From assembly GCA_965202845.1 (NCBI GenBank), contig OZ241856.1, forward strand, positions 1,452,012 to 1,516,011: a DNA stretch of 64,000 bases. The letters run 5' to 3'. The notes under the pieces are model-generated. The model made no database searches, had not been told where the DNA came from, and was given only the letters and a program-made list of their open reading frames with translations. Positions 56,568 through 64,000 of the stretch are shown here, in pieces (within the stretch, counting starts at the first letter, position 1; each line of letters begins with the position of its first letter). The position numbers and the translations under genes are program-made. Source of the DNA: Candidatus Marinacidobacterium sp. (GTDB taxonomy: Bacteria; Acidobacteriota; Vicinamibacteria; Marinacidobacterales; Marinacidobacteraceae).

Positions 56568-56672
56568 TCAGTGGCTGCGGCGCATCCGCCAGGCGTTCCA
56601 GACCGCGATTCCGAGTCCGGGGAGCACAGCGGCGGCGGCGAGGAGCCAGGCGCTCGCCGGAAAGCCGCTCAT
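56568..56672 (-). CDS. 34-aa single-TM protein upstream of the symporter
   Basis: MSGFPASAWLLAAAAVLPGLGIAVWNAWRMRRSH; stop 1 nt before the symporter TTG; not in the ORF track. Confidence 0.55.
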   Translation of the reverse strand: MSGFPASAWLLAAAAVLPGLGIAVWNAWRMRRSH

Positions 56673-56735
56673 CGGTCGCGTCCGGGAGAAGCCCGGAGGG
56701 CGTCGATCCTCATGCGGATCGCATAATAGCCGGGC

Positions 56736-57707
56736 GTGTCCGCGCCCGAACTCCGGGGAAGCCCGGTCCAGCCTCCCGGGTGGACGGAAGCGGAGGCCGC
56801 CGCCCGCCGTCTTCGTCGGGTCTTTCCGCCGAGTCCGCTGGTGGAGGCGCCCGGCCTGGCGGAGGGGTTGTTTCTCAAATTGGAAAGCCTGCTGCCCACC
56901 GGCTCCTTCAAGGTGCGGGGGATATGGGACGCGGTCTCGCAGCTCCCGGAGAAGGCGGTCGCGCCCGGACTTTCGACGGTGAGCGCCGGGAACACCGCGC
57001 TCGCGCTCGCCTGGGCGGCGCGACGGCGGGGCGTCTCCGCCCGTTCGCTGCTGCCGGAAACCGCTCCGGCGGCCAAGGTGGACGCCTTCCGGGCGGCGGG
57101 CGGCGAACCGCGGATGGTCCCGGTTCCCGAACTCTTCCGGTTCTTGCGGGAGCGGTTATGGGAACACGAGCCGCAGGCGTTCCTCCATCCCTGGATCGAG
57201 CCGGCGGTGCATCGGGGGCACGCCAGCCTGGCGGTGGAGCTGCTGGAGACGGCGCCGGCGGACCTGGAGTCGGTGTTCATTCCGGTGGGCGGCGGCGGCC
57301 TGCTGACCGGCGTGGCCGGCGCCCTGAAGGACCGGCGCCCGGACATCCGGATCGTCGCGGTGGAGCCCGCCGGGTGCTGCGCCCTGGATGCGAGCCTCCG
57401 GGCCGGGCGCGCGGTCGCGGCCCCCTGCCGGACCGTTTGCGACGGCGTCGCGGTCCCGTACCTGACCGACGAGCTCTTCCCCGCCCTCGCCCGCCTGGTG
57501 GACCGAACCGTCCTGGTCCCGGACGGGGACGCCCTGGACGCCGCGCGGGATCTGTTGCTCGGCGCGAAGGCGCTCGCCGAACCCTCCGGGGCGCTCGCGG
57601 TGGCCGGCGCCCGCTCCGTTCCCTTCGCCGAACGCGGCCCCAGCGCCGCAATCGTGACCGGCGCGGGCATCGGAGGCGAAGAAATCCGGAGACTTCTGGA
57701 TCGATAG
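56736..57707 (+). CDS. PLP-dependent threonine/serine dehydratase-family enzyme
   Basis: LKLE...PTGSFKVRG, SAGN, PVGGGGL, EPSGA. Confidence 0.88.
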   Translation: MSAPELRGSPVQPPGWTEAEAAARRLRRVFPPSPLVEAPGLAEGLFLKLESLLPTGSFKVRGIWDAVSQLPEKAVAPGLSTVSAGNTALALAWAARRRGVSARSLLPETAPAAKVDAFRAAGGEPRMVPVPELFRFLRERLWEHEPQAFLHPWIEPAVHRGHASLAVELLETAPADLESVFIPVGGGGLLTGVAGALKDRRPDIRIVAVEPAGCCALDASLRAGRAVAAPCRTVCDGVAVPYLTDELFPALARLVDRTVLVPDGDALDAARDLLLGAKALAEPSGALAVAGARSVPFAERGPSAAIVTGAGIGGEEIRRLLDR

Positions 57708-57775
57708 TGTTATCCTTCCCCGCTGGGGGGGTGGAACGCCCCTTGAGCCGGGGCCCCAAGGGAAAGGAACGCAAC

Positions 57776-58597
57776 GTGGATCGGGTCGCGGTGTTCGTGG
57801 ACGCCGGATATCTCATCGCCCGGGGCGGCGAGGCGAAGTGGGGACCCGGGATGCGCCGCGAGGACTTGCGGCTGGATGTTCCGGCGGTCTGCGAAGTGCT
57901 GAGCCGGTTCGCCCGGCGCACATCGGGCTTGCCGCTTCTTCGCATCTACTGGTATGACGCGGCCCGGCAGGGACACCTGAGCATCGAACAGCTCGCCCTG
58001 GCGTCGCAGAACGACGTCAAGCTGCGGCTGGGGGAGCTCGGCTTCGACGGCAAGCAGAAAGGCGTGGACTCGCTGCTGGTCACCGACATGATCACGCTGG
58101 CGCGCAACGGGGCGATGGCGGAGTGCGTCCTGGTCGCCGGGGACGCGGACATCCGCGAGGGAGTGCACCAGGCGCAGGAGCACGGCGTCCGCATCCACCT
58201 GCTCGTCATCGCGACCGACGACGGATCGATGGCGCAGTCGAACCTGCTTTTCCGGGAGGTAGACCAGACCAGCGCATGGACATCGGAGGACATCGGCCCC
58301 TTCATCGAGCGGCTGGAATTCACTCCGTCCACCGACGGGGACGAGGACGCCCTGGACCGGATCGCCCGGGAGGAGGCCCGCTTCGTGCCCGAAGCGGCCA
58401 TGCGGGAGATCGTGAATCAATTCGACCGCACCGGCTGGATCGACCGGGACTGGAACAACTCGCTGCTGGGAAGGGCCAAGCGAACCTACGAACGGTTCCT
58501 CGACCACTCCGAGACCGACCGCATCCGATCCGCCTTCGTCGAGGCGCTGCGGACGCGCCTCGAGCCGGACGCCGAGCGCGAAACCAACGACGACTGA
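57776..58597 (+). CDS. NYN-domain (LabA/DUF88) nuclease, copy 1
   Basis: VFVDAGY, LRIYWYD, QKGVDSLLVTD, LVAGDAD; AAAGGA SD before GTG. Confidence 0.88.
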   Translation: MDRVAVFVDAGYLIARGGEAKWGPGMRREDLRLDVPAVCEVLSRFARRTSGLPLLRIYWYDAARQGHLSIEQLALASQNDVKLRLGELGFDGKQKGVDSLLVTDMITLARNGAMAECVLVAGDADIREGVHQAQEHGVRIHLLVIATDDGSMAQSNLLFREVDQTSAWTSEDIGPFIERLEFTPSTDGDEDALDRIAREEARFVPEAAMREIVNQFDRTGWIDRDWNNSLLGRAKRTYERFLDHSETDRIRSAFVEALRTRLEPDAERETNDD

Positions 58598-58617
58598 ATC
58601 GGCCCCGCGCATTTTTG

Positions 58618-58648
58618 TTGACGCGGGGGCATCCGTTTGTGCTATAGT
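58618..58648 (+). promoter_or_regulatory. Sigma-70-type promoter upstream of NYN copy 2
   Basis: TTGACG ... TGcTATAGT (extended -10; 19-nt spacer). Confidence 0.5.
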
Positions 58649-58782
58649 TCTCCCACTGCGCCCTCCCACCAACAAACCCACTCCCGGGAGGGCAAGAACT
58701 CTGGGGGCCTCCGGTAGGGCCCCCCCCAATACAATGGGTCGCCGAGCCGTGGGGCGCTCGGCAATCAAGGAGGGACGAGCAC

Positions 58783-59611
58783 GTGGATCGAGTCGCGGTG
58801 TTCGTGGACGCCGGATACCTCATCGCCCGGGGAGGCGAGGCGCAGTGGGGGCCCGGGGTTCGCCGCAAGGACTTGCTTCTGGATGTTCCGGCGATCTGCG
58901 GGGCGCTGATCCGGTTCGCCGAGCGCGTCTCGGGCCTGCCGCTTCTGCGCATCTACTGGTACGACGCGGCCCGGAGAGGGTGGCTGAACCCCGAACAGCT
59001 CGCGTTGGCCAACCAGCGCCGAGTGAAGCTGCGCTTGGGGGTGCTCGGCTACGACGGCAAACAGAAGGGCGTGGATTCGCTGCTGGTGACCGACCTGATC
59101 ACCTTGGCGCGCAACCGGGCCATGGCCGAGTGCGTTCTGGTCGCGGGGGATGAGGACCTCCGGGTGGGGGTGCAGCAGGCGCAGGAACACGGCGTCCCCA
59201 CCCACCTGCTTGGCATCGCAGCAAGTGACGGTTTCGTAGCCCAGTCAATCCTTTTGCGCCAGGAAGCGGACGAGATCAGCGCGTGGACCGTCAACGACAT
59301 CGGGCCTTTTCTCGAGCGCGTGGAACTCACTCCTGCTGCGAACGGCGATGAGGACACCTTGGGCAGGCTCGCGAAGGCGGAGGCCCATTCCGTGCCCGAA
59401 ACCTCGATTCGGAGGATCCTCAACCAGTTCGAAAAAACCTGACTCAAAGGGGCGCGCCGGCTATCTGGATCCCCTTTGGAACAAACGGCTTTTGGGCAGG
59501 GCTCGCAAAGAACTGGAACGGGACCTCGAGGAACCCGCCGAGACCGACCGCATCCGATCCGCCTTCGTCGAGGCGCTGCGGGCGTGCCTCCCGCCGGAAA
59601 CCGACGACTGA
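58783..59611 (+). pseudogene. NYN-domain nuclease, copy 2, frameshifted at the A6 tract 59432-59437
   Basis: Paralog of copy 1; stop at 59440-59442; homologous C-terminus (ETDRIRSAFVEALR) continues in the +1 frame to 59611. The catalytic domain is intact, so a truncated product is possible. Confidence 0.7.
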
Positions 59612-59651
59612 CCGGCGGCGACGCGAGCCACCCCGTACCATTCCCCCCGGC

Positions 59652-60452
59652 ATGAGCATCTGGGGCGCCCTCATCGGCGGCGCGTTGGGATTCACCCTGG
59701 GCGGACCGCTCGGCGCCATGCTGGGCGCGGCGATGGGGTCCGGCCTCAGCGGCGGAGGGCGATCCCGGCAAGCCCGGTACGAGCCGGGCGCCGGAGGCGG
59801 GGCAGCGGGGCAGGACCCGAACGAGGTCCGCCGGGTCACCTTCTTCGTGGCCACCTTCGGGGTGATGGGGCACATCGCCAAGGCCGACGGGCGGGTGAGC
59901 GAGGAGGAAGCCGAGCTGGCGCGTCAGGTCATGCGGGGACTCGGACTCGACGCCGAGGACCGCCGGCTGGCGGGCCACCTGTTCGACCAGGGAAAGTCTC
60001 CCGACTTCGACCTGAACGACGCCCTCCACCAGCTGCGCGCGACGGTGGGGCGGCGGCGGAACCTGCTGCGCGCCTTCGTGGAAATCCAGCTCAAGGCGGC
60101 CTGGGCCGACGGCCGCGTCCACCCGGAGGAGCAGCGCATTCTGGACCATGTGGCGCGCTTCCTCGGCTTCTCGCGCGCCGAGATGGCCCAGATGGAGCGG
60201 CTGGCGGCGGGCGCGATGCGGCAGCCGGCGCCGTCCCCGGAAGCGAAGCTGGTCGCCGCCTACGAGTCGCTGGGGATCGAACGGGACGCGAGCGACGAGG
60301 AGCTGCGCTCCGCCTATCGACGCCTGATGCGCCAGCACCATCCCGACCGACTGGCGGCGCAGGGCCTCCCCGAGGCGATGAAGGCGGAGGCCACCCGCCG
60401 CACCCAGGAAATCCAGCAGTCCTACCGGGTCATCCGCGACGCCCGGCAGTAG
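59652..60452 (+). CDS. djlA: Co-chaperone DjlA
   Basis: N-terminal GALIGG..G TM, AKADGRV, TerB-like domain, J-domain HPD. Confidence 0.92.
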   Translation: MSIWGALIGGALGFTLGGPLGAMLGAAMGSGLSGGGRSRQARYEPGAGGGAAGQDPNEVRRVTFFVATFGVMGHIAKADGRVSEEEAELARQVMRGLGLDAEDRRLAGHLFDQGKSPDFDLNDALHQLRATVGRRRNLLRAFVEIQLKAAWADGRVHPEEQRILDHVARFLGFSRAEMAQMERLAAGAMRQPAPSPEAKLVAAYESLGIERDASDEELRSAYRRLMRQHHPDRLAAQGLPEAMKAEATRRTQEIQQSYRVIRDARQ

Positions 60453-61395
60453 GCGCCGTCTCCCCGGCCGCGGCGTCCTCCGGGGAGGCGTGCAGGATGT
60501 GGGGAAGGTTCCGCTCCCTCCGTCGCTTCCCGGCCTCCCGCCACTGGAGAATCGCCACCGGAACCACGATCATCGCCAGCGCGGCGAGCGCCCGGGCAGA
60601 GACCTCCTCGCCCGCCGCCAGCCAGCCGAGGAACACCGCCACCAGCGGGTTCACGAAGGCGTAGGTGCCGACCAGCGCCGGATCCACCCGGCTCAGCAGC
60701 CAGACGTACGACAAGAACGCGATCATGGATCCGAAGACGATCAGGTAGAGGAACAGGAGCAGGACCGGCCCGCCGAGGCCGCCCCAGTCCACCCGCTGCC
60801 AGTCGCCGGAGGCGGTGGCGAGGCCGAGCAGCGCCCCGCCGCCGACAATCTTCTGGGCGCCCACCGAGAGCGGCAAGCAGCGCGGCATGGAGGAGCGCCG
60901 CGCCCAGAGGCTGCCGATGGCCCAAGCGAGCGGCGCGAACAGCAGGGCGACGACCCCGGCGGGATCGAGCGCCAGGTTCGCCCGCCAGGGAGCGACCAGA
61001 ACCACCACCCCGAGAAAGCCGCAGAGGACGCACAGGATCGAGGTTCCGGAGGGCGCCCGCCGGCGCACGAAGGCGGCGTCAAGACCGACGAGCCAGAACG
61101 CGACCGTCGCCACGATCACCGCCGCCGCTCCCGAGGGAACCCGCACCTGCGCCCAGTGCCCCAGTCCGTGGGTGGCGGCGAAGAAGAAAAGGCCCGCCAC
61201 CGCGGTCTCGCCCCACTCGCGGCGGGTCAGCGGCGCCTCGTTGCGGCGGGCGTACAGGAAGAGCAGCAGCCCGGCGGTGAAGAAGCGGCCCCCGGCCAGC
61301 ACGAACGGCGGGAGCTCCTGGACCCCGAACCGGATCGCCAGGTAGGTGGAGCCCCAGATCAGGTAGATGGCGGCGAACGCAAGGACCTTCTGCAT
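60430..61395 (-). CDS. EamA/DMT-family transporter
   Basis: [12 protein letters not shown]...[14 protein letters not shown]. Confidence 0.9.
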   Translation of the reverse strand: MQKVLAFAAIYLIWGSTYLAIRFGVQELPPFVLAGGRFFTAGLLLFLYARRNEAPLTRREWGETAVAGLFFFAATHGLGHWAQVRVPSGAAAVIVATVAFWLVGLDAAFVRRRAPSGTSILCVLCGFLGVVVLVAPWRANLALDPAGVVALLFAPLAWAIGSLWARRSSMPRCLPLSVGAQKIVGGGALLGLATASGDWQRVDWGGLGGPVLLLFLYLIVFGSMIAFLSYVWLLSRVDPALVGTYAFVNPLVAVFLGWLAAGEEVSARALAALAMIVVPVAILQWREAGKRRRERNLPHILHASPEDAAAGETAPTAGRRG

Positions 61396-61422
61396 CCGCC
61401 CGGCGCGGGGAAAACGCGGCGA

Positions 61423-63465
<2,043 letters not shown>

Positions 63466-63599
63466 GATGAAGCCTCCCGGAAGGAATGGATGCCCGATCC
63501 GCGCGCCGGGCCACCCGCCCGCGCCATGCGGGGAGGATTCTACCCGAATCGCAACGGACTGATACAGTCCCGGATCGGCCGACGGCCAGAAGAACCCTT

Positions 63600-64000
63600 T
63601 TGCTCTCCGCGATCGCCGCTCGGACAGTCCTCTCCTCCGCGATTCTCGTCGCCTCGCTGGAGTACCCGGTGGACGTGGCGGTCGCCCCCGACGGCGCGAT
63701 CCTGGTGGCGGACCTGGAGGCGGCGGCCGTCCTCCGCTGGAACGGCGCCGGTTTCGATGTGGTGGCGCAGGGCGAGGGCCTCCCCCGGACGCCGCTCTTC
63801 GGCATCCGCCACATCGCCCCCGACGCCGACGGCGCGCTGGTGGCGAGCGACCCGGCCACCATGGCGCTCTACCGCATCGACGCCCGGGGCGGCATCCAGC
63901 CGATCCCGGACGACCAGCAATTCGTGACCCCGTGGGGGGTCGCCCTGCTCCCTTCGGGCGGGGTGCTCGCGGTGGACCGGGTCACCCGGCGGCTCCGTCA
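63600..64000 (+). CDS. NHL/beta-propeller-like secreted protein, 3'-truncated
   Basis: [19 protein letters not shown] and [11 protein letters not shown] repeats; runs off the window. Confidence 0.6.
   Translation, partial: MLSAIAARTVLSSAILVASLEYPVDVAVAPDGAILVADLEAAAVLRWNGAGFDVVAQGEGLPRTPLFGIRHIAPDADGALVASDPATMALYRIDARGGIQPIPDDQQFVTPWGVALLPSGGVLAVDRVTRRLR

Noticed and set aside
59440-59442. Selenocysteine readthrough of the TGA in NYN copy 2
   Set aside because: The in-frame continuation is not homologous to copy 1; homology resumes in the +1 frame.

Overview
High-GC bacterial chromosome window, probably from an Acidobacteriota genome. This is inferred from the Oar-like TonB receptor, the duplicated orphan MacB/FtsX-type permease and a GWxTD-like TPR protein. 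Several Na+-coupled transporters hint at a marine habitat. Most of the window is housekeeping: ilvBNC, rpmB, aguAB, gatCA, thiL-zapA, thrS-infC-rpmI-rplT, tRNA-Val(GAC), mreBCD-mrdA-rodA-rng, ppiD, moeA-moaC-larE, tatA, a sulfite-oxidase/cytochrome c pair, djlA and hppA. Small accessory islets carry the interesting signals. (1) An ankyrin gene, a 52-codon secreted peptide whose 25-residue core has a symmetric C-x5-C-x8-C-x5-C beta-hairpin pattern, and an orphan ABC-type permease form a candidate undescribed peptide system. (2) Two tandem rhodaneses that the ORF track truncates have an in-frame TGA at the catalytic-Cys position, each followed 15 nt later by an identical 16-nt hairpin, so they are probable selenoproteins with SECIS elements. 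(3) A RloA/RloB (AbiL-like) defence cassette lies between perfect 26-bp direct repeats with no integrase. (4) Tandem NYN nucleases have structured leaders, and copy 2 is frameshifted at an A6 tract. (5) A vapBC module is followed by an orphan paralogous antitoxin. All calls come from reading the sequence and recalled family motifs; no searches were run.
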